Assembly: GCA_964016885.1 (NCBI GenBank) | Contig: OZ024742.1 | Coordinates: 279,620,001-279,684,000 of the forward strand | From: Eledone cirrhosa | Taxonomy: Eukaryota | Direction of reading: 5' to 3' | DNA length: 64,000 nucleotides | In this document: in pieces, positions 48,401 to 63,175 of the stretch | Position numbering within the stretch: the first letter of the stretch is position 1 | Layout: every line of letters begins with the position of its first letter | Made by a program: the position numbers and the translations under genes | Notes under the pieces: model-generated | What the model was told of the DNA's origin: nothing | The model's input: the letters and a program-made list of their open reading frames with translations, nothing else | The model's database searches: none

Positions 48401-49046
48401 TGCCTAAGCAAAGCTGGACTCAAAAGTCATCTTCGCAGTCATAAAGTAAGACCTGTGGTTGACTACAAGTCTGCTGTTGGAGATGCTACTCATCGTGTTT
48501 GCCAAGCATGTGGTAGAGAATGTAAATCAGAAGATGAGGGTTCAAACGACATGCAAAAGTACATGCACTCCAACCACAGCCGGCTATTCCCAGTGACTGT
48601 TTTGGTTGCCAACTCTGTGCAAGAGATTTTAGATCATAGGCTGGGCTATAAAGCCACATTAATTGCTATCGTGTGTGTGTGTGTAGAAATGTTTATTTGT
48701 GTGCGCATGTATATATATATATGTGTTTATATTATTAGTGTTGTTGTCATTGGATTGGCAGTATTGGTAGAGGGTCGGACGCCATACTTTGACGTATAGA
48801 GTTACGACCCTTGTCATTCTGAGTTCAAATCCCCACGAAGGTAACTTTGCCGTTCATCCTTACGGGGTCGATACAATAAAGTACCAGTAATGCACTGGAT
48901 ATGTGCTGGCCTTGTGCCTAACGTAGATACAATTATTGTTGTTGTCGTTATTATTATTGTTGTTATTATTATTATTATTATTATGCTTTTTGGGGGGTGG
49001 GGGTTCGTGCAATGGCCATACTCGATAAAAAAGGGGCAGCCATCAC
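45478..49046 (+). mobile_element. RTE-clade LINE, second copy of the 38150-42425 family, more degraded
   Basis: Same peptides (MMFQxNIK, LSETRLAGDG, MERFHQMCLRRIHGVHWRDH). It has a ~0.67 kb internal deletion at 46580 and an extra SINE in the 3' UTR. Confidence 0.92.
48750..48935 (+). mobile_element. SINE inserted in RTE 3' UTR
   Basis: ttggcagtattggtagagggtcggacgcca...gagttcaaatccc...ggggtcgata..aaagtaccag; absent from the left RTE copy. Confidence 0.8.
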
Positions 49047-49359
49047 GTATGAATGTATGTATGTACGTATGTTTGTATGTATATATGTATAACTTTATTC
49101 TGTCTTTTTCTCTATACTTTGTGTATATTTTTGACCAGCAACCTTCCCGACAGTGTAGTTGCCAAGAAGATGACATTTTTGACTTCCCTCGTGCAATCTT
49201 TCATCTTTATGGATGTATGTATGTATGTATGTATGTATGTATGTATGTATTTATGTATGTATGTATGTATGTATGTATACGTCTGTGATTATGTATGGGT
49301 GTATGTGTGCATGTATGAATGTAATTATCTGAGCATGTATGTATCTAAGTATGTATGTA

Positions 49360-49990
49360 GGTTTGTTTTTAGTCCTGCAGGATGTCCAAAGTCACCCTCA
49401 TCACCAAGAAACCTTGGTGGGGTTGCCAGTTTAGTCGCCAACGACCCGAACATGAGACAGGTTGTACTGGCATACATGTTACCAGTTGCACCAACTGGTG
49501 ACCTGACATATACTGCTCACCTGACAAAACCTGTCAAATGGCAAAGGAGCTCTTAAGTGTTAATGGCCATCCAAAATCACCGGGAGAGATGAACCCTTAG
49601 CCTTTGTCAAGGCAGAATTCTAGGAGAAGGAAAACTCTGATATAACACCTGCAACCCTGATGTTATCCAATGATGTTGACTTGTTCTTCTTTTTGGTAAA
49701 TATCATCTTGGTTAAGAGAGTGGGACTGGTTTTGAGCAGTGCCTTTGCTCACTATAAAAGCTTCACGACACAGACATTGCTTTATATCTGGAGATCTTTC
49801 TGCACTTGTCGTCACATGGTACCATGGGCCCAGCATTATGAGTCAATAATTGTCACAAGTGTAGTGTTTGTACCAGAGTTTTTAAGTCGCTGGCTGGATT
49901 AAAAAGTCACACTCATTCAGTGAATCGGTAGGGGTTCTGCTACATGGATATAAAGTAGTGGCCGTACTCGAAAACGAGTTGGCAGCCACC
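49360..49990 (+). mobile_element. non-autonomous bipartite RTE-derived element
   Basis: 49580-49760 resembles the RTE 5' UTR at 45530-45720. The 3' end ggccgtactcgaaaacgagttggcagccacc+(ATGT)n resembles the RTE 3' end at 49013-49046. Confidence 0.75.
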
Positions 49991-50319
49991 ATGTAAGTAT
50001 GTATGTATATATGTATGTACACATCTATTGTGAAAGCGAATTTACATAGCGTTTATATAGGATGTAAAATCATGAAATGGAAGATAGTGAAGAACGAGAG
50101 GACATTGATTTATTGTAACGCTTGTAGAGTTAAGGGACAGAAATGTTGTTCCCCCTGGGTGATACATAATGAGAGAATGGTTGAAGTGGGGGCATTTCTG
50201 GCTGAGATGCACTTACATTATTAATATATATACGCACACACACACACACGCACACACACAGTTATATATATATATATATATATAATATTTGTATATATAG
50301 GCATATATATATATGTATG

Positions 50320-50350
<31 letters not shown>

Positions 50351-50765
50351 GTATATATATATATATGTATGTATATATATATGAGTGTGTGTGTGTGTGT
50401 TTATGTATCTTATGAGTGTATGCGTGCGCGTAAATACACAGTTGGCTACCTAAGTATTTTTTAAACACCTGAACCTACAAATAATTCATACAGAGAAGAA
50501 TACAACTTCCTGTGATATTCTGATATATGATGCAATAACGTCTGTGAAATTCCTATCCGTGTATTATTGGTGAGTCAATGTTGTTAGGTCTGTTATGATT
50601 TGTGTATATATATACTCCCAAAAGTAGATAAATATATACAACATATGCACACTTGTACACACAGCTATAGAAATATGTTAAATTATATTTCTTTCTACTA
50701 CTCTGCATGTTACTCCAAGTTTGTACAGATGTCTGAAAGTAATTTGTGTGTATGCGTGTATGTAA

Positions 50766-51110
<345 letters not shown>

Positions 51111-51764
51111 TATATATATATATATATGACGTGAAAACATCTTTAAATACATAAAATATACACAGAAAATTAAATACGGTATGTGCAGCTTTTAATATAC
51201 GTGGTCGAATAATATTTTTTTAAATATCTATATAGATGCTAACATTCTATTTCTAACGAATTCACATATCCTAATGCGAGGGGAGACCTCTAAAGCCGCC
51301 TGCTTTTCCTGAATATTCACAACCTCCAGAGACTCTGAAACTATGGATTTTCCAAAACATAAATTCATATAGCCATTTTTGTTCTATATGGATTTTCAAC
51401 ATACGCGAAATTTTATATACGCCTTATGCTTGGGAATCAGTAGACCGCATAAGATTTGGGTGCTCAGCTGGTTAAATATACAGACCAAATTAATATAAAT
51501 TGTTGGATTTGAATCAAGCTCTTTTCTTTTGTTTGTCAACTGAAGATTATTCTGTAAAATGTTTGCAAATTAACATATATTCCATGTTTTTCATACACAA
51601 ATTCAAAATTTCCACTGGACGAGTGGACCCATGATCAAGGATGTTGGAAGAAGACTCTGCATTTCAATTGGTGGGTACATGTGAAATAAATCACTAAAGA
51701 AACAACCTAGCAGAGAGTCAGGTAAATCTACACATGTGATATATATAAATATATATATATATAT

Positions 51765-52373
51765 AAATTTTTAATAAATGAAGACGTTCACATAATCTAA
51801 ATATATGTTTTATTATATATATTTTGGAGGTACTGTGCTGTTTTTTCAGTATGTCCTCATCAGATAAAATATATGAATTGATGTATGACATACCTCAACT
51901 GTCTTGATGGTTCAATTCCAGTATTGTCAGTGATTTATTACAATAAATCTCAATATTTATATACCACAAATAATAACATGATAAACTTAAATATGATGAA
52001 GAAGAGGATGTGGAGCGAGATAACCAAAGATCAATATGGTCATTGATTACTCAATGAATATAGTTTTACAATAGATTAAAAGCACTCTGCAAGTAAGTTT
52101 TACTGGAGTTATTAATATTAATCAAAATATTAACAAATGAAGACGTTCACATAATCAAACTGTATGATTTATTATATATACAAAGAGGTTTTCTGGAGTT
52201 ATTAGCACAGTACCTCCGAAATATACGTAATAAAAGATATATTTTGATTATGTGAATAATCAAAATATATTTTGAATAATAATAATAACTCCAGAAAACT
52301 TCGTTGTAGAGTGCTTTTACTCTATTGTAAAACTATATTCATTGAGTAATCAATGAACCATATTAATCTGTGG

Positions 52374-52378
<5 letters not shown>
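51765..52378. repeat. tangle of direct and inverted PLE terminal-repeat fragments with a mutated hammerhead (51808-51870, minus)
   Basis: Minus strand reads attttat-CTGATGA-ggacatactg...cagtacctcc-aAAA-tatata-TA-ataaaac. 52030-52110 is inverted at 52280-52375. Confidence 0.55.
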
Positions 52379-52410
<32 letters not shown>

Positions 52411-52570
52411 TTAGAATTGGTGCTATGAAATAGCGATATATATACGAATGTATATATAATGTATTTTGCAATAGACTGTATGCTTAATTAAAAGTATTTT
52501 GAAGACCATACACTATTGTTTTAAAATAAAGACAATGTCACTTATTTAAATCTTCAGCAAACAGAGGAGA

Positions 52571-52619
52571 TAAACTGACAGAGTTCTGTTTCGTACCTTT
52601 TGGTACTTATCAAAGTTCA
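52571..52619 (-). ncRNA. type I hammerhead, U3-A8 variant
   Basis: tgaact-TTGATAA-gtacc aaaa ggtac-GAAA-cag aact ctg-TC-agttta. Confidence 0.75.
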
Positions 52620-52792
52620 CTACCCCTCCTGTTTGTTGAAAATTATGTATGTTGGATTCGCTATTTCAGAGCACCAATACTAATTTTCAATTTCTGCTGG
52701 ACCGGCGACCGCTCTGTATAATCAGTTCCTGATTATTACCGGAATTCTATAAGAATCCGACACATACAATTTTCATCAAACAGGAGGGGTAG

Positions 52793-52841
52793 TGAACTTT
52801 GATAAGTACCAAAAAGTACGAAACAGAGCTCTGTCAGTTTA
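52793..52841 (+). ncRNA. type I hammerhead, U3-A8 variant
   Basis: tgaact-TTGATAA-gtac caaaaa gtac-GAAA-cag agct ctg-TC-agttta. The triplet is GUC and stem I extends via aaacagg/cctgttt. Confidence 0.78.
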
Positions 52842-52963
52842 TCTCCCCTGTTTGCTGAAGATTTAAATAAGTGCCATTGACACTATTTTAAAACAATAGC
52901 GTATGGTCTTCAAAACACTTTTAAATAAGTACACAGTGTATTGCAAAATACACTATATATACA

Positions 52964-53034
<71 letters not shown>

Positions 53035-53428
53035 CCACATATATATATATATATATATATATTTCGTTTCTGAATTTGTTTAGCAAGATTCTTTATCTGA
53101 AAACGTGTATTCAAACCGATATTGTTATACTTTGGGAGGGTCATGTTGACAATAAGAAACACATGCACAAATGCTTTCACTCCAATTTATTATAAATTAA
53201 ATTATAAAGTTAAGAATTTATAAATTTCCGGTTGGTTGGTTGGTTCCACAACCGGACGGTTGTTCATATATTGTCAATGTTCTTCCGTCACACATTTTGT
53301 GACCTCTTCAGTGATTGGGGATTATTCTCTTTGTTTTGTGCCTCTCCTTTGTTATGTCCTACGCCATCTTGTTTGTGTGTGTGCTGTGTGCTTAGTTTGC
53401 GCATGTGTTACATACGGGTGTCTGTGTG

Positions 53429-53476
<48 letters not shown>

Positions 53477-54097
53477 TATGTATATTTATACGTGGTGTGT
53501 CAGGAAAGTTCCATGACAAATGTCACAAAAGATTTATTTCAAACCCAAACTTCACACTAGGAGTTTTCTCTTTCAAATAAGTATGTAACTGTAATCTTAG
53601 CTCTCTGCAGCGATCAAACTTTTTTCTTCATAATTTTATATACATGTCCTCTGTTTCAGGTCGCCAAGCAATGAGCCCAGAGCAACGAACAAACTTATAT
53701 AGATATTCGTGTACAGATATTTTTCCATACACCAAAACAAAATATAAACAAACAAGGCCAACGATTACATCAGTTCGTCTAAGAGTACTTCATACTGCTT
53801 TTAGGTAGAAGATCCCGTTAAGGGTAAAAAGCAGCGATTCATTTTCTGCGTTCACAGATTCATTTCTTTAGTTTCAGAAGATCCCGTTAAGTGTGAAAGC
53901 AGTGATTCTCTGCTTAAACTTTAATGTTATTTTAATATATATATATAATTATAAATTCGTGTACATATATTTTTGCATACACAATAACAAAATATGAATA
54001 AACCCATTTATTTCACGAGGCTCGATAAGGATAAATATATATTAAATATGAAAGAACCCTAGAGCAAATCCCGAGCAACGCCGAGCCATTGTGCTAA

Positions 54098-54814
54098 TAT
54101 ATATATAAAACTGAGGATGTCTGTGTGTGTGTGAGTTTGAATCCCTAAAACCTGAGAAGCATCCAACCGACTGTTTTCAAACTTTACACATATAATTGTT
54201 TCTACTTTTGGCACAAGGCCAGCAATTATCCCAGTACATTACTGGTACTTTATTTTATCGACCCCGTAAGGATGAAAGGCAAAGTAAACCTCGGCGGGAA
54301 TTGAACTCAGATCGTAAAGGGACGTAACTATGCTGGAAAGCATATCCTACCCTCTACCAATACTGCCAATTCACCTCAAACTTTACACATATAATACTTA
54401 TGTTTCAGGGAGTGTTATGCACAGGCCCGAGTTCAGGATATTGGGGTTTTTTGAAGCGTTACATCAGACTGATTTCCTTGAAATTGTAATTATGTATTAG
54501 TCAGTCTCTTCTTCATACCGTGAGCAAATAAAATCCAACTTTTTTATGGCCTAGGGCCTAGGGCCCGCATTATGTGAAATACTTCATTTTTAAAGCTTTT
54601 TAGGGCTTTTTTGATCCGCTAGAGCCAGCATTAGGCGAAAACATGCATTTTTCCTGCTTCATCGAGGAAAATCTAAAAGATTATCCAGCCATCAGAGTAT
54701 TCGGTTTATTTTCTTTACATATTGTCCAGGCATGCAGTTTTTCCACGATTAGGTCTGTTGGCGGCCCGCGTTCCAAAATACCTTATCCTAGCAACACCGG
54801 GTACTACTGCTAGT
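54098..54814 (+). mobile_element. putative non-autonomous Helitron carrying a SINE insertion
   Basis: It starts tatatataaaactgag and ends gcaacaccgggtactactgCTAGt. A similar 3' end (cccgagcaacgccgag...gcta) at 54070-54096 lies immediately upstream. Confidence 0.55.
54197..54375 (-). mobile_element. SINE with 20-bp target-site duplication
   Basis: tcaaactttacacatataat occurs at both 54177-54196 and 54376-54395. Confidence 0.92.
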
Positions 54815-54821
54815 ATATATA

Positions 54822-54866
<45 letters not shown>

Positions 54867-54868
<2 letters not shown>

Positions 54869-55842
54869 CGAAGGAAGTGTGGTAACGAACCAGGGGGACC
54901 ATGACGCACCAGAGTACTCGATATTTTATGTAGTAGAGTGGGTAATAGGAAAAGGTTCAGGACCCCGACGACAGACCTCAAGCCATTTCGACGGCTATTT
55001 CTGGACTAAAGTAAATTTTTAGCGTGGTAATGATCTTCAAGGGAGAATTACATGTATGGGGACGCGATAATCAGGCATTTCTGAAGGTTTTAGTTATCAA
55101 AAGGATTGGTTGAAGTTTCTTGTAAACACAGTTAAATATTTCATGTTGGAAGGTAGGGGGTGTGGTAGGCTGAACTTGCCTGTAGAACAATGAGGGAGTG
55201 GATGAAGCCGGTCAAGCGTTAAAAGTAAATACTATACAGCAAATTGTAAGGAGTGTGGATGAAGTAGGCCAGCTAGAAAGCAAGAGAAAATAGAATTTTA
55301 TACAGGAATCTGAAAATGGGAAATTATAAAATAAAAAAAATCTAGATTCTAAAACAGCTCCTATATTTTTAGCTGGTGTTGCGTTTTCAGCCAATGGTAT
55401 ATAGAATTCACGGGGTTGGGGATACTGAGGCTACAAAAGATGATGGGCTGCCCCAGGGTAAGCGAAAGAGGAAAAAGGAAAAGGAATAGGAGAGAGAGTG
55501 GAAATAAGTGAGAAGAAGAGATGAAGGGAAAAAAAGAAAAGTATTACATCTACCTATTGATGTTGGGTTTTCCCCTATCTTTTTCGGCAAGTGGGGAATT
55601 TAGAATAATGTAAATAAAATAGTAGAACGAAAATGATAGAGGTTATTAAAATAATAGTAATTAGAAAAAATATACATACAGTCGTCAATATACGTACATA
55701 CACGTGCATACGCGAAAACAACCACCATGCATGCATATACATGCTTATACACTTAAACACGCGCACACAACATAAACCCGCGCGAAAACTGTACCCGCAA
55801 ATATACGAACGTATACACCAAATACACATAAATATATATATT

Positions 55843-55894
<52 letters not shown>

Positions 55895-57850
55895 TGTGTG
55901 TGTGTGTGTGTGTGTGTGTATACATATAATATAAACGTATATAAATATACACATATAAAACCTACATAACGCACGCATACACATACCTACAGGTAAAACC
56001 ACATATGTTCACCATCCGCACGTCAACCAATACACAATGTACACATATACGCACCTTACATACGTGCAAACACGCATACACGCATACACACACGGACACA
56101 AAATACACATATACATATAACCATATACACATATACCAGTATATATAATATATTATATACACCAATAACAAATAAAAGCATATATACGTACGAGAAAGTA
56201 TACGTACCTTCACAAAGCATACGGGTAAGGTTTACTTACCTATACAAATAAGTAATGGTATAAACATAAAATATACTTAGCTACCACATCAAGACGTAAA
56301 TTATCCGCGTATTTGTCGATCTATCCGTTGGGGTATAATATGGTGCTGTAATACAGGAAAGTTTTATACAATTTGTGTTTACAAGCCGAAATTGCCTCAT
56401 ATTTTTGGTTTAAGATGTGGTCATTGGCGTAGAGTATTTCCAGGGCTTCGGCGGCACAAAAATCGCATGGTCTTTTATTTCAGTTATACGATCTAGCTTA
56501 GCTAGGATCTCCCAGTGTAACATATATTGTGTGTGGTTGTCTTTTAGACTCCAGATATAAGGGTTAAGAAAAGAATGTGTATGCATGTAAAGACGCTGCT
56601 TGAATCTATTGGCGGTTAACCCTATGTAAGCACTACGGGACGTGGGTATTTCTACCTTAGATTTGTAGACAATGTTACTTGAGGGGCATTTCCCGGATAG
56701 AGGGCAGTCAACCAGATTCCTACAATTACAGTTAGTACTAGCTACGGGATTGCACGTGTTCCTGCGGCTAGGTACTTTAGCTAAATTTGAAACAGTGATG
56801 TTATGTGCAAGGTTAGGTGTCGTAGAGTAAGATATTTTAATGGTATTTCTATTAAAATTGTTATTATATTTATGTGCTGAGGGGAAATTCTTCTTAAAAA
56901 GTCAGAGAAATGTCTTAGCTAATGGTGTGGCCACCTCCATATTATATGGGCGTTATACCATATAATGCGTCGGGATCTATATTTCCTTGGTGTATGTTCA
57001 TAGTTAGTATATGTTAATTTATCGAAAAATCCATTCCGAGCCACAGCTTTATTGTAATATGTGGAATGGTCGGTGAAAATATGCTCAAAGAAAAGTTTCT
57101 TACCAGTTTCTTTGTTTTGCTGGCAGGATGGTTGAAATGCTTACTTATGTAATTAAGCGTATTATTCGGCTTTCTATACGGGTAGTGCAAGTTCATTCAA
57201 CAAATTGAGGGTAACGTCAAGGTAATTAACGACCGAGAGGTTGGCTTCAACCTGTATGGAAAGGTTGAAGCCTTTAAAGAAGGATGTGAATTCTTCTCTG
57301 AACCTGTCGCAAGTGCGTGGACCGCACTTTATCATAGTCAAAAGACCGTCATCGTGGTACAAACCACCACCCACGTTGGAGAATTCTTCTTTGATAGCGA
57401 AAAGAAGGAAAAGGCCGATAAGATCTGTAACCTCCGCCGAATCGATGACGCCCATACTCACGTCGAATGGGGTACTATTAGATTTTTAATTCAAATAGAG
57501 TCATCGAAATTAATCACCGATTTACGGTCATTGACGTTGACATCAACTTCGAAATACTCAACTACCGTGAGTGTTTTAGCGAAATTGGTAGCTCTAAAAA
57601 GAAGTGGAAAAGTGATGGAGGAGTAGTAATTATTGATGTCGAATTGGATAAAACGGCAATGCTCCTTCTTGCATATGCCATTGAACCAATCAATCACCGC
57701 GAAAGAATTATTCCACAGTGCAAGAGGGGCCAAGCTCCTAATTTCAGGTATAATTCTATCTAAAATCCTTTTACTAAGTCTACCTAAATCAGACTTCGTT
57801 TGATTGATTAGCCGAATAGAGGATTTGTGATACTTGAGGGTAAAGTGGGG
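54867..57850 (-). mobile_element. Penelope-like element: RT, GIY-YIG, 3' UTR and terminal repeat (degenerate)
   Basis: RT motifs LWNNSFAVIDWF..FIQFDINNYYSSI, MGVIDSAEVTDLIGLFLL..GLYHDDGL, VNYLDVTLNL and YPYRKPNN. The endonuclease region CNCRNLVDCPLSGKC..NIVY..AYIGLTANRFKQR is at ~56580-56730. Confidence 0.85.
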
Positions 57851-58231
57851 GTTAAAGGGTCCACCGGTTCAGTCCGGTCCTGGATGTTGAGTTCAGAAGT
57901 GATTTTAAAGCCAGCATCATTGATGTCGTTAATGACACTCCGATTAGCTTTCCGGTAATCCTTAGTTTCAGCATTATGTAGCAGTTGAAGCTAAGTACTG
58001 CGCCCCCCCCCCCCAAAAAAAAAATGCGTAAAATGGTACGGAACAATCAAGCAGTAGCGAATATCAATCAGAAAGAAATATGTCACTCACAGTTAGCATG
58101 AAAATATACACCTACATTTGTGGTGAAATATTTGAAATCTATATATCTATGAAATATATTATGTTGGTTTAGAATATTAAACCATTATACTTTCCCTGTT
58201 TTGTGATGAATGTCATAATTCTTACACACGC

Positions 58232-58276
<45 letters not shown>

Positions 58277-60427
58277 AAAGAGCGAACGATCGTATCTTAA
58301 TATACCAAATGGGATTTCGACGAAATAAACGGAAATTGTGCAAATATCTAACATCAGTCTGTAATAGAATCGTATAAAATAGTGTTGGTGAAGATTGTTA
58401 TTATTGTGGTTGTGGTGTAGTTGGTGGTGGTGGTGGTGGTCGTGGTCGTCGTAGTGCTTTTATTACTTGTGTTGGTGACGGTTGTGTTTGTTATAAATGG
58501 TGGTCGTTGATAGCATTGGTGAGATTCCTGTGGCTGTGTGGTAATTGGTGGTGGGGTTGGTTTTGGTGGTGATGGTAATTGGTGATTGAAAGTCTAGTGA
58601 GGTTGGCAATTACTATGGTGGTGTTTTGAGCTTATGGTGTTGTTCATGGTGGTGGTGGTGTATATCTTTAAAGCCGCATATATTTCTAAACTTAAAATTC
58701 AACATCTTTTTTCTCTATACGTACATCCCTGGTGGTATAATAATTCTTGATTGAACTAACACACAATAGAAAGACCTTCTCTTTCCCCCTCTCATACAGT
58801 CTCCTTCTTTTACTCATTCTCTGTTTCTTTCTTCCTATTGAACACACGCTATTTTTCATTCTCTATATTTCTCACTTTCACACTTCCTGTATCTCTTTAT
58901 TCAAATTAATCACCGCCCTTCGCTATATTTCTCTCTTTATTCACCGTCTATCTCTCTATCAATCAATCTATCGTTTCTTCTTCTATTTCTATCCCTCTCC
59001 ATCGCCCCCTCTCTCTCTCTCTCTCCATATCACTCTCTCTGTCCCATCTCTAATTCTTTTTCGCGCAATATCTCTTTTTATCTCTCTCCATCTATCTATC
59101 TCTACATCTTTCTCACTCTCACATTTTGTATCTCTTTATCTCTTCTACTCGTTCTTTTTCACCCTCTCTCTTATATCTATATATATTTCATTCTATCTCT
59201 CTGTATATACATCTATCTCTTACTCTCAACTTCTCCGTATTTCTCTGATTCTCCTCTTTCCATTATCAATTGATAAACTCTGAAATTGGAGAGATCCAGT
59301 TATGAGAGCTAAATGACAAAAATGATAGACGAGCTAAAGTATGCGTTGTATTACTTCGAAGATCGACTAAAATCTTAACCTCAGGACACTTTTACTTATT
59401 TCAAAGAAAAATAAATTTCCGAAGATGAAAAGAAACGATTTTCTTGGAAACATAAAGCCTTTCGGAGATATTAAAATATTCACAAAGATTTTCCCATTAA
59501 ACAACACACAGGCAATATGGAAGTGAAGTTATATGCTATGAATTTGATAATATATAGATATATATGTACGTATATGTATATATATATATATATATAGGCT
59601 GCGCATTATGCAGCAGAATTGTATGATGAAGATATATCTATATATACACAGCATAGAGATAAACAAGACTGCGTGAATTTGTATACATATTTAGACATTC
59701 TTTAAGTATATAGAGACGTGGACATGCCAAATATATGTATTTCCCCCAGAAATAAAAAAAAAAATCATTAATACTTTTACTCGATTTTCGGATCTTGTTA
59801 GGCCCTTCATCAGAACGTGATTATATAATTGAGAAAAGCAAAGAAAATTACGTAACAGAGAGTGGCGTATATAACCTATCAATTATAGTAGCATCCTAAA
59901 ATAGACGTACTAATATGCATATTAATAGCGTTCATTTGGTAGATAATTATGTTATATATTAAGCTGTGCGATAAGATACCAAAATTTAGGATGAACTATA
60001 TCTGTATAAATGATATATTGAGACATCATTGAGAAGTGTTGTCAAAACGGCAGGTGTAGGATCAATTGCTTCTAATTTGTAGGTGATATAGTACAACTTA
60101 ACTCGACGAAAGGTGATTTTTCCATGCATTGGATAGGTTTACGACCCAGTGATGTACGACAAGTATGATGGTCTGTGCAGCGAAGTTTGTGATAGCGTGC
60201 GCTCTGCTGGTGATTAGAGTTAAACTGGAGCAAGTGGACACGTTCAGCACAGGGCCGATGAGGCCGAAATAAACATAAGAATTGCTGAAGCTGGTGCACT
60301 TATGTACCAGCTTACGTACTCGGTCATTGGAAGACGGCAGGGGCGTGTAAAAGACAAATCAGCTGTCTTTGGTTCGGATATATTGTTTACTCATGGCCGC
60401 GGTTCTTGAGTAATGACCGAATACAAG

Positions 60428-60510
60428 CAGAAGAAGAAGAAGAAGAAGAAGAAGAAGAAGAAGAAGAAGAAGAAGAAGAAGAAGAAGAAGAAGAAGAAGA
60501 AGAAGAAGAA
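60428..60510. repeat. (GAA)n microsatellite
   Basis: Direct reading. Confidence 0.97.
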
Positions 60511-61088
60511 ATTGAGAGGGTGGAGGATGAGAATGGTGAGGAGAAGGGGAATAAGGAGAATGAGCAGGGGAAGTAGAAGGAGGTGACAAAGGGGAAACAT
60601 ATATATATATATTTATATGAATATATTTGTGTGTAGGCTTATATATCTATATATATGTAACTTTATATATATGTAATTGTGTATGTATTTATGTTGGTAT
60701 GTATATATGTGTATATCTGTGTGTGCAAATGCACGTGTCAACGAAACAGACTAGACAGTTTGACGGCAGGGCACTCTCCGATTAGTTGCAGCAATACGTA
60801 AAGAGAACATTTGTCAGGAAAAATGGTGGAGAGTTTAAATTGTGAGTGTTGGGTATTTGGTCTGGAAAACACGGAAACACAAACACGCAAACATACATAT
60901 GTATAAAGATATATACAAATAGCTTCATAACCCCTCACAATATATATATATATATATATATATACATACATACATTCATACACACACACACACGCACACA
61001 CACACATACATATATATATATGTTTTGCGAGTGTGTTCTGTTGTTATTTCTGTCAATAATATACAACAATATGGCCCTCCCCAAGTAT

Positions 61089-61145
<57 letters not shown>

Positions 61146-61147
<2 letters not shown>

Positions 61148-61297
61148 CATCAGGAAAGCCTTCCTGATGAATTCCTTAGAATGAAACAGCTCTAGTCATG
61201 TAGAAACCATTTGTATATTAAATATGTATACTCTGCTATGTATTGAGTACCTTACTGATTGCGGTACCCCCGATGGATCCCAGAATACACATATCTA

Positions 61298-61347
<50 letters not shown>

Positions 61348-61610
61348 AACGAGTAGGACCCCGACGGCTGAGCTCAAGCCGTTTTGACGGCTAATTCTGA
61401 ACTATATATATATATATATACATGTTTTAATATAGAAGAACATCTACAGGACTAGAACTGTTTCATTCGTGAGAAATAATCAAGGATGATTTCTCACGAA
61501 TGAAACAGTTCTAGCCCTGTAGAAGTTCTTCTATATGAAAACATTTATACTCTGCTGTGTATTGAGTACATTACTTACTCTGGTTACCTCCGATTCAACC
61601 CGGAATAACT
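61146..61610. repeat. terminal-repeat fragments with hammerhead-like cores, direct and inverted
   Basis: At 61164: CTGATGA-attc ctta gaat-GAAA-cagctctag-TC. A related copy at 61485-61610 has its fold-back at 61420-61485. Confidence 0.55.
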
Positions 61611-61713
61611 TATATATATATACATGTATATTGAGAGAGAGAGAAAGAGAGACAGTGAAAGAGAGAGAGAGTATATAAGATTAAATATATATATATGTGT
61701 GTTTTTGTGTAGG

Positions 61714-61755
<42 letters not shown>

Positions 61756-62076
61756 TACATACATACGTGCACATACACATCATGATAAGTTTCAGTTCCA
61801 ATTAGTTAGAGTGTATTAAAAAAAAATGGTTGTATCGACTCACTGACTGGCAGACTCACAGCCAAACTTCATCAGCACAAATCTACGACGGATCATGTCT
61901 ACTAAATACCAGGATTATGTGGGCTTTTGCTAGATTCCACAGTTTCCTAATTGCTCGAGTGATTCTCAAAGAAATTTTGGCCGCCATATTCCCGTCTTCC
62001 TTATTAGAAGCGTACAAACGAAGTCACGTCGATTCTATCACTAATCGCTACAGAGATATGTTAGTTCAACAGGACT

Positions 62077-62133
<57 letters not shown>

Positions 62134-62142
62134 CTGTGTGTG

Positions 62143-62209
<67 letters not shown>

Positions 62210-62268
62210 GTGTGTGTGTGTGTCTGTATGTGCGTATGTGTGTATATATATATACATATACATATGTT

Positions 62269-62300
<32 letters not shown>

Positions 62301-62333
62301 CATTTATACATGGACACAGACACAGTCACAAAG

Positions 62334-62373
<40 letters not shown>

Positions 62374-62723
62374 ACATATATATACATACGTGTATTCATG
62401 CGTTGCGTATATATGCACGCATATATGTATGTATATATATATATGCATATATTTAGAAAGAAGAAGGTAGATACGTGCGCAATTTGTGATTTTGCGTAAA
62501 GTATTAGTGGATCTGTGTAAAGACCCGAGAACAAATATCTTCCATTCAGTTTAATTAATGAAACAATTAATATAATTATGAATCATATGATTCATGACTG
62601 TCATATTTTGAAACACTCACGTACATACATACATTCTTATTTACATACATACATGCATCCATACATATACATACAAAGATACAGAGAAACACAACACCCT
62701 CATATATATATATATTTAAATTG

Positions 62724-62755
<32 letters not shown>

Positions 62756-62764
62756 ATATTTATG

Positions 62765-63175
<411 letters not shown>

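Larger units (their letters stand above)
52435..52970. repeat. ~220-bp inverted repeat, each arm containing a hammerhead
   Basis: 52440-52658 is approximately the reverse complement of 52754-52970. Confidence 0.85.

Noticed and set aside
53489-53620. Tc1/mariner terminal inverted repeat
   Set aside because: There is only a loose resemblance at one end, with no partner TIR or transposase found.
60250-60285. ccgatga-ggcc-gaaa hammerhead-like string
   Set aside because: The flanks cannot form stem I and the core is mutated.
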